Positions 49,901-62,688 of a DNA stretch of 64,000 nucleotides are shown here, piece by piece. Under the pieces are notes generated by a model, which saw only the letters and a program-made list of their open reading frames with translations, was not told where the DNA came from and ran no database searches. This DNA is from Trichosphaerium sp. ATCC 40318 (lineage: Eukaryota > Protista > Tubulinea), in the NCBI GenBank assembly GCA_038496445.1, contig JALMLS010000100.1:62001-126000 (forward strand). The letters run 5' to 3'. A program made the position numbers and the translations under genes. Each line of letters opens with the position of its first letter. Within the stretch, counting starts at the first letter, position 1.

Positions 49901-50892
49901 GCTTTCACGTTTTACTAAAGCAATTTCTTATAAGTCTAGATGAAAGTGCTGTATCAATAACGGACGGTATTGGCGTGTGAGCTTCTTTTTAAAGTTGTCA
50001 GATAGTTTCTCTTTGTTTGTTGGTATTTCAGCTTTGTGTCTTGCTTGTTCGAAAGCAGGTATAACAATCAATACTTTCCCTTTTCTCTTTTCAACCATAT
50101 CTCTTATTTCCGCAATATGTGATCTTGTTTGTTGTAGAGCAACACGTGTTAGTTATCAAGGTAGGATTGACTCACTATGTAATTATTTTTAGCGTACTTG
50201 GCTATATCATACCCACCGTTTGGACATAACATGAAGCTATCCACGATGAACACTACATATAGAATTAGCAATACACCATGTGATGACTCGTTTTACCGAA
50301 TTGAGATGTAATTTTTTTCATAGCTACATTACGTAGAATGTTGGTAGGGTATAGCTGTACAAACGGTGAGCTTCTCAATATATAAAGGTGACGTACAGCA
50401 TCTAAGGTTGTCGTTGTATAAAACACGGCGTGTATAGTGAAGGGATATTGTAGATCATCTGCGAAAGCTAACAGACTTTGTAGTGTCGGATTTGTTTGTT
50501 TAAGAAGTACAGCAATTGATAAAGGTCCTAAACCGCCCATACAATTACATACCAAACGAAGGTAACGTTGATTCCTCCCTACCTTGCCATGTTTCTGAAA
50601 ACTGTACAACGTTATCAAATTCTTCCAGTGTCACGTGTAAACAAGCTACTATATCCTGAGACTCTACTGCCTGTATCAAGGAGTTAATAGACACCTTAAA
50701 GACGTATCTATGTACCGAAAAGCTAGTAGACACGAGGTAGTTGTCTAAAACTAAGTAATTGGCGTATGTGTTGTGCGCATCAAATTTTCTGATACGCATG
50801 CTTCCCTTTTCCGTGTATTCATTGTCGCTTATCGGTGTAGCTGCGCCTATAAATATAACAACGCATAGGCATAAAATTATGTGACTGCGCAT
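46960..50892 (-). CDS. Membrane protein with two GT49/LARGE-like glycosyltransferase regions around a carbohydrate-binding-like module
   Basis: Signal peptide; WQGGLGPLSIAV...LYPTNILRNVA; LLQNPSF module; WKDIGPISASIY...VLIMDIDF...VIVMPVF...YKPFF; C-terminal TM helix; stop 46960-46962. Confidence 0.65.
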
Positions 50893-51124
50893 TATTTTAC
50901 AAGTGTTGCTGCTTGCAACGGTTATTGGCACGTGTTTTATTACTACGATTTTTGTTGACCTTTCTTTTTTAAGGTAAAGGCATCAAGGGATTAATTAGTG
51001 ATGTTACGAAAACGGTCGTTAAACACACGTGCACGCCTTGATTGTCTCTCTTGGGAGGTGAACCTGCGCTTTCACTCGTTTGTAAGTGATTTTCGACTCA
51101 AAACGAGTGAATTGTCAATATCTT

Positions 51125-53305
51125 TTATGTAATGATTTCTACATTTCCTGTATCATGTCGTATAGCCTGTACAAGGAATCTAAGACCATCAATCAATTCC
51201 TCGTCATAAATAATTTCTTCACAGCTTGAAAGATCAAGAGTTTGAAGTTGAGTGCATGTCTTTAAGACTTCATACACACCACTAAAAGTAATCTTTAAAC
51301 CTTCTAGTTTTAGCGAGTGAAGGTTTACACATTGTGCAATAGTCTTTAATGCATTATCCTTAAAGAGATGAATAAGAAAAAGAAAAAGGTGCCTTAAGTG
51401 CTCTCCCTTATGTCAAGAGTAACTAACGCTATGCCTTACCTTTAACTTTGTGCAATATGATATATCAAGCATTCTTAATGATGTTAAAGCGCTCAAACGA
51501 GAGAAAGACTATGTATGTTGTGAGTGGTTGAACGTGAAAAATAGGGAAGTAATTAGTACGTTTTGTGTCACATTTCTAACTTTTCGTAGCCACAGATGTT
51601 TCAAGTTTGTGTGAGTATTTAATATATGTGTAAGCTGTGCATCCCGTATTTTATAGTTCATGCTCATATCGAGTGTAGTTAACCAAGGTAAGATTAATTT
51701 ATCCCCAGTGAACCTAATATAACAGTTAAACGAATAAATAGTCAAAGAAGAGAAAAACTTACTTTGAAAATCGGAACAATGTAAGTGAGTGTAAGTTTGT
51801 CAATTGTGTTAATTGGGCAATCCCATTATCAGTTATAGCTCGGTTATTAGATAAAGTGAGTATAGTTAACTTTGTAAGACTACATATATGACTTAAAGCT
51901 TTATCACAAATGGTGAAGGTCCTAAGGAAAAAAAACTTCAGAAAAAAAAAGAACGGTTTCTTTGCACTTACTTGAACAATTCAAGTCTTGTAAGACTTTT
52001 CAGTTTTGCAATATCTGAACAACTTTGTTCTCCAAATCCCAAACTATCCATTATACTCAGTTCACAAAGATTTGTCATATTTATAGGGACGTCAGAGATA
52101 TCCCTTCCGGCATAATGAACTTTTAGAATTTTTAAGTTCGGAAGAGGGAACTGAGCGACATGTTGTAAGCTTGTACTTGTACCGTTCAACCGCAAACAAG
52201 ACAACATTCTACATTGTTGTAAAAATGGTGTAACAATTGTATCAGTTAATGTGACTTGATCTATGAAAGAAGTTAAGTGCTACACCCAAAAGTACAAATA
52301 ATTAATTCATACTTCTTATTTGCAGGTTAACGAGGTTAGTACAAGTCTCTGCTATTGTTTGTGAGAGCCCTATACTCCAAGGCACTTAAATAAAGGTTAG
52401 TTAGAATCAGGGTTTATCACTTGACATACCTGACGCAACGAGAGTTTCGAGGTTTAAGCATTTTGTTACATATTGGAGTGAATCTTGCATTGGTGCGCCA
52501 GAGCAATTAATTGACCGTAAAGAAGTTGCGTTATGGCGTAATAAGTGATTAATAGATTCATCTATGTCATCAGCGTATTGATTGAAACACTACAAAGTAC
52601 GTCAGGTTGAAATGCTTTGAAGAAGAAAAAAATTGATCAAGAACTTACTCCCGAAAAATTTATGTTCACCACGTGTTTGCACTGGTACGCAATAAGTTTC
52701 AAGGTTATTGGTGTTATCCTCCTTCGATTTGCTAATGATATAGAGTGTATAGAGCGGCTACAACCGAACAATAGCGCTTGCATCCCAGAATCTGTCAAAC
52801 AGTCCTTACCTTTTGTCACAAAACAACCTTCAAGGGTGGACTTACGAAAGGAGTATCTGAAGTAGCATCGAGGGACAGTGTTTCACACTGCCCCAGGCGT
52901 CCAGCGAGGGAGATTGCGCACTTGTCTAGGAAATGCGTTAGCAAAGCGAAAGGCAGTTACCATCGTCAAATGTAAAACGGCAGTGCACTTCAACGTGGTG
53001 GCGCAATTAAAAGGAAACCAGCGACCTGATTACAAGTGTAATTCTCCAACTCGCTTGTAAATAGCTGGTTACGTACCCGGCATACTGAGACCGCCTAAAT
53101 ATGCGATTCTGTACAATTGAGGATTTTTTGCTAAAGTTCTCCAGCGCTTGCAAGTACTACCTAAATCGCCTATTTGACGCGTCGGTAGGTACGAATAAAT
53201 ATATAATAAGAGCTCTGATGGCAAAGATGAAACATGAGCTTCGAGAGTTGTAGGAGCTGTTTTATGTCTTCGCACAAGCTCATCCAAGCGCCTTTTAGAT
53301 GACAT
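51125..53305 (-). CDS. F-box/LRR (FBXL-type) protein, intron-rich
   Basis: LPSELLLYIYSYL...TCKRWR, then cysteine-containing LRRs (LTDSGMQAL, LDISYCTK, LDLSSC). Confidence 0.88.
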
Positions 53306-53406
53306 TGTACTAAATTAGCCACATTCTGATCAAGAGTCGTTAAGTTCCGGTTTTACTTGTCCCATAAATTTGAGTCATGAGCTGTGAGACGGAGCCTCCT
53401 GAGGAA

Positions 53407-54680
53407 ATGCCTAATGGTGCGTCTTGTACATAATACGACATTCTGATGAACAAATAGGCACCCATTGGTTAATAATAAACAAAAAAGGTGCTATGATACG
53501 TGGTAGACCTAAAATAAGCTGGTTGACAATGTCATTGAACAGATTACCTTTGTACAGCTATTACATTTTTTGTACAACCTGTTGACATTACTAGTGGCTC
53601 GTTTGCTGTTCAAAAGGGACAAAAAGGTAATTGGATACATCACGCAGAGGGTTGGACACAAATTGAGGAAGACGGAAGGCCTTACATGGTGCCACTTCAG
53701 TCAAACTCTGTATTATGGCGTGTCGTCGCAAAATCAGGCGTAAATTCGCGCGTGGATGCGCTAATAAAGTCCAAAAAAAATGGTATGGCAACTTTGACTT
53801 TTTTTATTTTTAGTACAATAAAAGTCATTTTCTTTGTTAAGGCTTTACTGTACCCCTTGGTTCTATTATACGACAGATTGGTAGTGTCGGTGCTTGGGTT
53901 AAACACGATAATGGCTGGTCTGTTACCTTCGACAGCCTCAAGAACGAAGTATTTTTAGAACCTTTTTTTATTCAGGTACTGCATGACGTCTTTAATTATT
54001 ATTATACTTTGTGTTAATTAGATCTCTTTTAGACACAGCACAATACTTTCATACGTCCCTTAGATACCTATTCGTTACACTCACAAGTCAATAATCCATA
54101 CGCACACCCGCTACTGACAGTCAACCCAAATGTCCAACAACCTGTTCAATCTCCAATGGGTTTTACCGGCGGGCATTGTATTCCGGTATTACCTGTTGCA
54201 CAGTCATCTCAGGATTCTAGTAGTGGTAGTACTAGTGCTCCTGTACATACACCTGTTTACAATCCAGTTCAGTATGCCGTGCCACAACTAACAGTACCAC
54301 AAAACACAACAATGCCAAGTGCACCAATAGACTCAAACAAGTCTGAAGATAAAGTGTTAACTAGAGTTGTGCCACCCTTAAAATCAAGCACTCCACAGTC
54401 ACCGAATACAACAATAGACATCGAGAGTGAGAGCCCATCTAAAGAGCAAGAACATACATTGCAGACACAAAGCCCTCCACAGTCACCGAACACGAGAATC
54501 AACGTTGGGAGCGAGAGCCAATCTAAAGTGCAACTCCAGGACATGCAAACCAAAGATACGTCTAATGGAACAGCCGATGTAAAAGAACAAGAAAGAGAAG
54601 TAGACAGCGACTCTGTAGAACAAAAAAATTCAGGCACAAACCAAGGTAGCCCTTCGGATTCACCAGTGTCATCAACATGA
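53407..54680 (+). CDS. Protein with two tandem SH3b-like repeats and a Ser/Pro/Gln-rich tail
   Basis: WLIINKKGAMIR...LPFG...GNWIHHAEGWT and WRVVAKSGVNSR...VPLG...GAWVKHDNGWS; three introns. Confidence 0.6.
54385..54535 (+). repeat. Coding tandem duplication (2 copies, 87-nt period)
   Basis: CTCCACAGTCACCGAA...GAGAGCC.ATCTAAAG occurs twice (STPQSPNTTIDIESESPSK / SPPQSPNTRINVGSESQSK). Confidence 0.8.
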
Positions 54681-54832
54681 CAATAATCATTCGAAGTGTT
54701 TTTTAATTGTACAATAATATTACAAATAGTGTAAATAAAATCAATAGATCTCTAGTAGTCAAGTAAGACTCAGAACCCTTTTCTTTGTGTAGTATAATCT
54801 CACTAGTTTTGTGAGGATATATCAATGTTCTA

Positions 54833-55548
54833 CTACGATTGTGCTTTACGTAATACAACATTATTTGAATCAATGTGACCCAAACGTGCTCGTTCATTTA
54901 GTAAGTCACTTGTCAGCATATCAAAATTAGCTTCCGGCGCAGTTTCTTTTCTTTGTCCCAGTGGTACCACTAGTTAAAAAAACCCCAAATCAGAAGAAAG
55001 AAAACAAACCAATATTTTTGCGCACGTGAGGATTCATCCGAGGATTTTAGTTCAGGTAATGGTCTCTTTGGTTTGGCTCCTACAGTTGAAAAGCCGATTG
55101 GAGCTGAGACACTTGGAGTCATGTTTGTACGCATTATTTTTCTGCTAGATGCTGCAGTTTCTTTCATTTCCGAGCCACTCGTTGGGCTTGATGAAAGAAA
55201 CATAGGTGATCTAAAGCTCATCGTAGTTGGTTTAGTACGTTGCTTTGTATCAGACCTATCTGAAGCTTTTTTGGTGAGTTGAAGTTAACTTATTCAGTTC
55301 TTGTAGGCTACGAACTTGGAAGGGTAGTGCAACGCGTACTTTGTAATAATTGGAGTAGTTTGGCCTGTTTAGCGTCCAACTCTTCTCTTCGCTTATGACA
55401 TGTATTTAAAGCGTTCTACTACGCGTTGGTATTTATATGACCGATATAGATAACGTACCAAGGCTGCTTCTTCCGCAATAGCTATTACGCCGTATTCAGT
55501 GCGTAATAACGTCATAGCAGCTACTATTTTGTCAGTGTTATCAGCCAT
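54833..55548 (-). CDS. Hypothetical protein, head-to-head with MND1
   Basis: MADNTDKIVAAM...; three GT-AG introns give an open frame to TAG 54833-54835. Confidence 0.55.
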
Positions 55549-55625
55549 CGCGTAAAACTGAGTTTTTTGGCAAGGCGCCTTAACCAACTTGTTTCTAAGC
55601 CAAGGCGATCAAAAAATCAAATACA

Positions 55626-56632
55626 ATGGTACTACATGCATCACAAACCATTTGTTATGCTTACTTTTTATTAGTCCAGGCGCAAAGGTCTATCTGCAGA
55701 TGAAAAAAAAGTGAGAGCTCTTGATTACTTCCACGAAACTGTACGAACATTTGATATTTTAAGCACTGACGTTACGTAGCTTGACGTGTACCTCATGAAA
55801 GAGCTCGAATCGCAACTCGATAAAAAAAAAGGCATTAGTACGTATTGTCAATCTGTTAACATGTTTCTAACAACTACAGCACGCATGTCAGTGAAAGATA
55901 CCGTTAAAAATTTAACGTACGACAATTTGGCTCATGAGGATAAGATTGGAACGTCAAACTACTTTTGGTCGTTCCCTAGTGAAGTTGCGAATAAAGTAAA
56001 CGCCAAACAAGCATTTTTTGATTATTGTCTAACAACTGTCAGAAACGACTTGCCCTGGAGGAATACAACGCGAACATAGCTCAATTAGAGCAGAAAATTA
56101 CAACTTCTGAGCAACGCATAGAGGAACTTCGTGTAGGCAGGGAGGAAACTGTACGTAATATATCTTGAACCGTTCTGACGTTATCAAAGGATGAGCGTAC
56201 AGCAAATTTACAACGCTTGGCTGAGCTGCAAGCAGAAAATGAACGTCTTCGTGCAGAATCTAAAAAACTGGCTGGCAGTGATCCACGTCTCATTGGTGCA
56301 ATGCGTATGTGCTAATAAATAACAACGTACATGCTTTACTTACGTTCTCACAGAAGAAGACTCCAAACAAGCCAAAGAGCAGGCCAACATGTGGACAGGC
56401 AAGATTTTTTTTTTCACATTTTTTTTTTACAATTCTCATTTCTACTGTTGTCTACTTTGAGAAGGCACAATCAATCGAACTTGGTATTTTTGTGTGCTTA
56501 TTTTATACTATTTCAGACAATATTTTTCTTGTACAAGGATATGTCAAGAAGAGAGGAATGGATGTAAAACAATTCAACAAACAGTTTTCAATACCAGATT
56601 CTTTCGATTACATTGAGGACGCCATACCTTAG
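55626..56632 (+). CDS. MND1: Meiotic nuclear division protein 1
   Basis: MSRRKGLSADEK...YLMKELE...KKKGI..MSVKD...DKIGTSNYFWSFPS...ANMWTDNIF...FSIPDSFDYI. Confidence 0.95.
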
Positions 56633-56793
56633 TATCACGACTCATTTTCATAAAAGACAACCATTGTATATAGCCCATAATAAAAGAATCACAGTTCAGA
56701 GGTGAGAACCGTAAACGTAATGAATTAAATCCATTCATTGAATCTGAGTTCTGTGGCTACCAAATAAAAAAGACATTGTAACGAAGCAGAACA

Positions 56794-57838
56794 ATGTCTA
56801 AGATTACAGTTTATTTCACCAGACACTCCCAACGACAAGATTGGGTTGATCCAGAATGGACTAAGACTGCTGAGTTGCCTACAAACCCGCCATTGAGCGA
56901 GTTGGGATTTAAAGTTGCCAAAACACTTGTAGGCGCATTAAAAGGTACTAAAAAACGTTATAGCAGCATAAAAAGACTAAAACACCCTAAGATAAGAAAA
57001 TTAAGTACATTTTCAGTAGTCCGTACTCTAGATGCCTACAAACGATAACACCGCTTGCGGATGCCATAAAAGTGCCTATTTTGTAAGTAGTTCTCTCATA
57101 CCACGCCCACACAAATCTAAATATACCTAGCGTTGAGCACGGATGCGCGGAGTGGCTCAGCTGGCTACAAGAATGTGGATCGTTACCATTGAAGACACTC
57201 TGTGAGGATTTCCCAAGGTCTAAAACTGTTTCCATTGCTAGGCGCTTACTTACGCAACAGGATAAACCCAGAGTACAAAACACTTGTTACACCTGACCTT
57301 CCAGAATCAAATGAAGTCTTACTTCACAAACGCGCACATAAGGCTATGACAGCGATTGTCAACTACCTTGTACAAAAAGGAGAAACGGATTGTTCAATTC
57401 TACTTGTATCACACGCTGCTACAATGCAAGCACTAGCCCGCTCATCTTTGGCACGTGGCTTGACATAAAGCAGTTGTATACTTTGCTAACAACAAGTAGT
57501 TTCTGGCCTCTGGTATTTCTGAGACAACGTTCAATGAAGGTGTGAAAAGAAGTTTTTTTTTGGATATGTAACAGTTCTAACATTGTTTTTGTTAACAGGT
57601 GAACCTTCACGTGTACATATTTACAGTGGTATTTGTAGTATAACTCAAGTTGAAATCGATACAAAAACGAAAGTGGGAAAGCTTATTAAGACTGGAGAAA
57701 CATCACACATGAGTGCCTTCGATGAGAAAGTCTACAGGTATAAATCTTGTTTACTCCTATTTTTTTGTGGTTCATTCATCTGTCAGTTTTGTAATCCATG
57801 TTTTTAGGCCGTGGACATTTAGATCAGAGCGTAAATAA
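56794..57838 (+). CDS. Histidine phosphatase (phosphoglycerate mutase-like) family protein
   Basis: VYFTRHSQRQDW, PPLSELG, IFSSPYSRCLQT, VEHGCAEW, ILLVSHAAT. Confidence 0.88.
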
Positions 57839-58067
57839 GTAGGGCGCTTTGGAGTGTAGATTATGAGTTTTAATGAAAAAACTAGTTTATACAATCGTTG
57901 CACGTGCAAAACTGCATGTCAACAATACTGATGTTGAGTATGTGCTACATCAATAAAAAATTCAAAAATAACAACAAGAAATATGATAAAATGATACTTC
58001 CTATGACAAGGCTGGCAGAGTAGAAGTTGGTTTTTTTATTTAAACTATTTTTTGTTTTAACAGTGTT

Positions 58068-61000
58068 TTACAATTCAATGTCACTATTACTCGACTCTGT
58101 ATCAATCATGTCAATATCAATATCCTCTAGATCCAAATCATCACTTCCAGGCATTTGTGTAAGGGACTGTATCTCCCTCTGTTGCCTTGCAATTTCCTCT
58201 TGAATTTGTTCTAGCCTTATTTTTTGATTATCTGACTCTTCTTGGAGCTCTTCTGCATCATGACCTACAAATTCAAGTCAGCATAAAACGTAGTAAGTAT
58301 ATACTATATGTACCCGTTATGAACCTATCAAGGTCGTTTTGGCTTATTGAGCTGACTTCTCTTCGAAGTGTTTCTAATTCTTGTTCATCACCCCATTTTG
58401 CTTGTGGTTTTCTTCTTCGCTGAACAAAAAATCAGTTAGAATTCTCATCACGTGATTAAATTTTTGGTTTTTTTTGCTTCTCTGTACCCTTTTCTTTTTC
58501 AGAGATTTCTCTATTTCTTGATCATTCACGTCTTCACCTTCAATTTCGAAGTCTTTCTTTTGAGATTGCTGCTCAACTTTTTCGTATTTGGAGACAGCAA
58601 TGACTTCACCTATAACAAAAGTATTTAGCTTTGTGTAAGATTCAATAGAACTTGTCACCTTTTGCGTAGTATTTAAGAACAGCAAGTGCTATGGCTACAG
58701 CAGCGATAACAATGAGGAAGCTAAAAGATAGAACCAATGCCAATGTAGTGTTTACTTTTATACCATCCTACAACAAACAAAGTTAACACCTCGTTTTTTC
58801 TCTACAACCACTATCAGTTTTATACATACCTTTCCATAATGTAATGGTCCATCGAAAGTACCAGTACCGTTTTCAAGACAATGAGGTGTACCAACACCTA
58901 GCAGGTACGTTAGGGGTCGGAATTATTAGGAAGTGTTTGATTGAACCTTGTAAGTACGAGAAAATGGATTCGTCAGTACTAGCAGACCAATGCCTTTGGT
59001 CATTTGATACGAGAACATAAAAAGTTCTCAAGTGATCATTATACGCCTCTCTAAGTATCAAGGTTAATTACTGTTGGATTAACGGTTTTTGACACATACT
59101 GTAAATCGTCTGGCACAATACAACGGACTTCAGAAGGTGCCCAATAATCGGCTTCAACATCTTTTGCATGATAAAAATATCCATCGTCATCAGTTCCTAC
59201 GAAACGGCACGTGAGCTGTGCCTCAGTGTAAGTGATGAAATGCAAGAAAGTTCAAGTTCCCGTACGCCTTCTACAGGATGGAATCTATTTCCTAGGACTC
59301 GAATACAGTCTCCCTAAGATATAAGTAAGTTGAGCATATATGTTTGTCTTTGAGCACCTCAGCTGCTCTGTTTGGAAACAAAGATGTTACTTGAGCTATA
59401 TCTATATTGAAAGGAACCCAAAATTCTCCAGCATGATCTTTGTCATTTGATACAGATAATTGCGAACGGAGTGGTGCGTCTAGAGATGGTTGTTTAGATT
59501 AACATAACATTATGTTTTTTGCTCGTTTTGCTTACCATCTGGTACTGGACATATTGCTGAGGTTGAGTCAACAACAAATCCTTCAGTTTTTGAAAAATGT
59601 TCGAACTCTAAACATTCGTTTCAATTAATAATAGACAAGGTACATTATAACGGTACCTGATCTGAATATACAATTGAACCCTTCAGATTGCCTAAATCCC
59701 ACACCGTGTACCAAAACATCTAACCAAAAGTTAGAATACTTGCACTACCAAATGGAAGGAACAAAACTCAATAAACGCACCTTGACCTACAACTCCGTGC
59801 TCAGGTACAACGCTAGTAATTCTAGCCAAATCTAAAAAGTTTGAGATAATTTTCTTGGTTTGTTTAAAATCACGTGAAAGTCACGTGCAATAAAAAAAAA
59901 TAAGAAGCGTACCAAACGTGAATTCTGCAGAGTTTAAAGATAGATGTATACCATCGTTTCCCATCCGAACCTGAGTTACCGAAGGTAAACCTTCTGGCAC
60001 GGGACAAGAAATTTGATTCCAAGCTGTAATAACCCCATGTGATCTTATACGTTCTGGTTCCTGTTGAGACTCTAATAATTCCTTCTCAAAGTAACAAGCA
60101 ACTGAAGAGCTATTCAACAATCCTTCAACGGTAACTGTTATCATGTCACCAACGATACCATGTGTAGGCTCAATATTCGTAATTTCAGGCAAATCTTGCG
60201 TAGTAAATATTAGCACACGTGACTACGTCAATGGTTGGTGAGCTTACCGAGATTGAATTCAACTCCAGGGTAACTCCAATGTATAGAATCAGTTGCAACG
60301 TATACGAAATACTTTGTATTTGTTCCTCTGAGTAACGGAACACGACAAACGAATGATGTTTCTGAGATAATATTTTCAATACGACCAATATCAATTTTAC
60401 CGTATTGAACCATCTCGGAGTGTACAGAGACACCGCATAATGGATTAGCTGTATGAACATCGGGTTCAGTCATGTTTATGGTAATAAGTGTTCCTGGATG
60501 TCCATGATTTGGAGACATAGATGCAATAAGTGGAATATCTTAAAGAAAAACACTATCAGTAGATGTTCATTTTGAAGTGCTAATAGAGTACCCAAGTTAA
60601 ATCTTTGTTCAGCTTCACTCCAATGATCTCCATCATTTGAAACAACAACGTAGCTCTGACTTGGAGCCAACTAGATATAGCAGCGTTAAGATACGTGTTA
60701 AAAGAAAGTAATTTACCATTGGTACAATACAATGCACAGCATCAAACTCAACCATAGTAGCGTGAATTACAACCCTATCATCACCACTCACTGATAAAAA
60801 TGCACATGTCACTTGGTGAGATTCAACAAACCTGCCCTATTTTTTGTGAGCGAACACGTGGAAGATTGGGTTTTTTGATGTTTTTAATTCAACGCGTTTT
60901 TGGCTAATACGTACTGAGATTACTATTGTATCTCCAGGTTTACCTACTGATGGCGTGACGCTGAAAACTTGTGGGATAATAATATGGAAAGGAGTGCTAT

Positions 61001-62688
61001 GATGAGCCCAGTGTTCGCCATCGTTTGAAACACGTATCTCGAATACATTCGGTACGCCATGAGGAATTTTACATGTGACTACCGTATCAGATGTAAATTG
61101 AGCGTGTGTAATTGGACATTCAGGGCAGAACCAACACATTAAAGAAACTACAAGATAAAGAAAAGGGTGTTAACAACTATTAAACCATAAATGGTTTTTC
61201 TATAAGTTTAAGTTATCGTTCTTACTTGAGTCCTTAAAATGACTTCCTCGGACAGTCACCAAGTCACCGGATATACCCGTAGATGGTGAGAACGAATCAA
61301 TTGATGGTGTTACTATAAATTTACGTGTTACGGACTATCTGACAGGACTGAACAAAGTATACTTACAAATGGTAAATGTATGCCCATCTTCAGAAAAGTG
61401 AATACCGTCGTTGGCAATTTCTATTGAGAACGCAGTAGGTACACCATGTGGTACCTCGCATACTACTTCATCAGCATGCACTACATAATTGAGTTAACAA
61501 TATCGATTAGTCAGAACTTATTTGCGGGAATAATGTACCGAAAGTTGCGGGAGACAAAACTGACTTTTCTGAGTCGGCGAATTTACATGTCAAGTTAAGA
61601 GAAGACCGAAAATTAGATCCGTGTACTGTTACTTGTGTAAGTACTTCTCCACTTGATGGTGTCACAAGAGTTACCATAGGTGTATCTATAACAAGAATGA
61701 GTAACAAACTCAACAAAGACTATGACAAGGTGTACCAAAAATGAGGAGATGTGATGTATGGCTGAAGTAATAACCATCGTTCGATACGTGTATGTTCACT
61801 GCAGGTGCCGCAATAATAGGGACTAAACATCGGAGTTTTGTTGGCGATAAAAAAAATGCTGACGCGTTGACACGAATAGGAGGTTCTTGTTCAGATTGAT
61901 GATGCTTCAAATAATTAGAAAAAAATACATTGTACTTGGTGAGGCTTACAAGCGCTTCAAAAAGGCATCTATGGGATCCTTCAGCTGTAAAACCTGTCCC
62001 AGTGACATCGACATATTCTCCCGTAGTAGCTTTTTCTGGTTCAATAGATACAACAGTCGGCGCGTCTTGATATTTTTCAGTAAGAAAAAACAAAAAAAAA
62101 GAACACTTGGTTGGTATTACCTAAAACGAACTCCTGCGATGTATTTGAATAGTGTACACCGTCATTAGACACTGTAAGCCTATAAGCTAACGAAAATACT
62201 TGATCCTATTTACATTTTAGAAATAACGATATAATCAAAATCGCACGTGATATCAAACGCCGTACAAACAAGCGATAGTAAAAATAAAAAATAAAAAAGA
62301 TAAAAGAAATTGTAGCACGTGCTTGTATATCGCGTGGAGCTGCACACTGAATAGTTGTAGCGCTTATAAATTGTGTAGCAATATCTACCACGTGACCAGA
62401 TTCTATCTCTCAATAAGAAACGTCATGAAAACCAACAACAAAAACGTTACCTGTATTCGTAAACTGGCACCTAGAGAACTCGCTGTCTAAAAAATTTTCT
62501 CCTGTGACTGTTAAGTGTGTAAATACCTTGGCGCGATTTGGTACAACACTAGAGAGTATTGGGGCTTGGTATTATTAGTTTTAGGCAATAGAGATCTTTG
62601 TGAGCGTACGATCAGCACTGGCATTGGCTACGCCATGTAAACAGCATAGTACCAAAGAAAACAGGAGAGTATACGAACATAGCGCCAT
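58068..62688 (-). CDS. Type I membrane protein with about 9 IPT/TIG repeats and an acidic cytoplasmic tail
   Basis: Signal peptide MALCSYTLL...; repeats P.V..I.P..G....V.V.G..F....C.F...C.VP...V.VSNDG.H.S; TM helix near 58680-58750. Confidence 0.88.

Noticed and set aside
62187-62320. An additional GC donor (CAA|GCACGT) in the TIG gene
   Set aside because: A GT donor four bases on gives PRDIQAPYRLTVSNDG, which matches the spacing of the other repeats.
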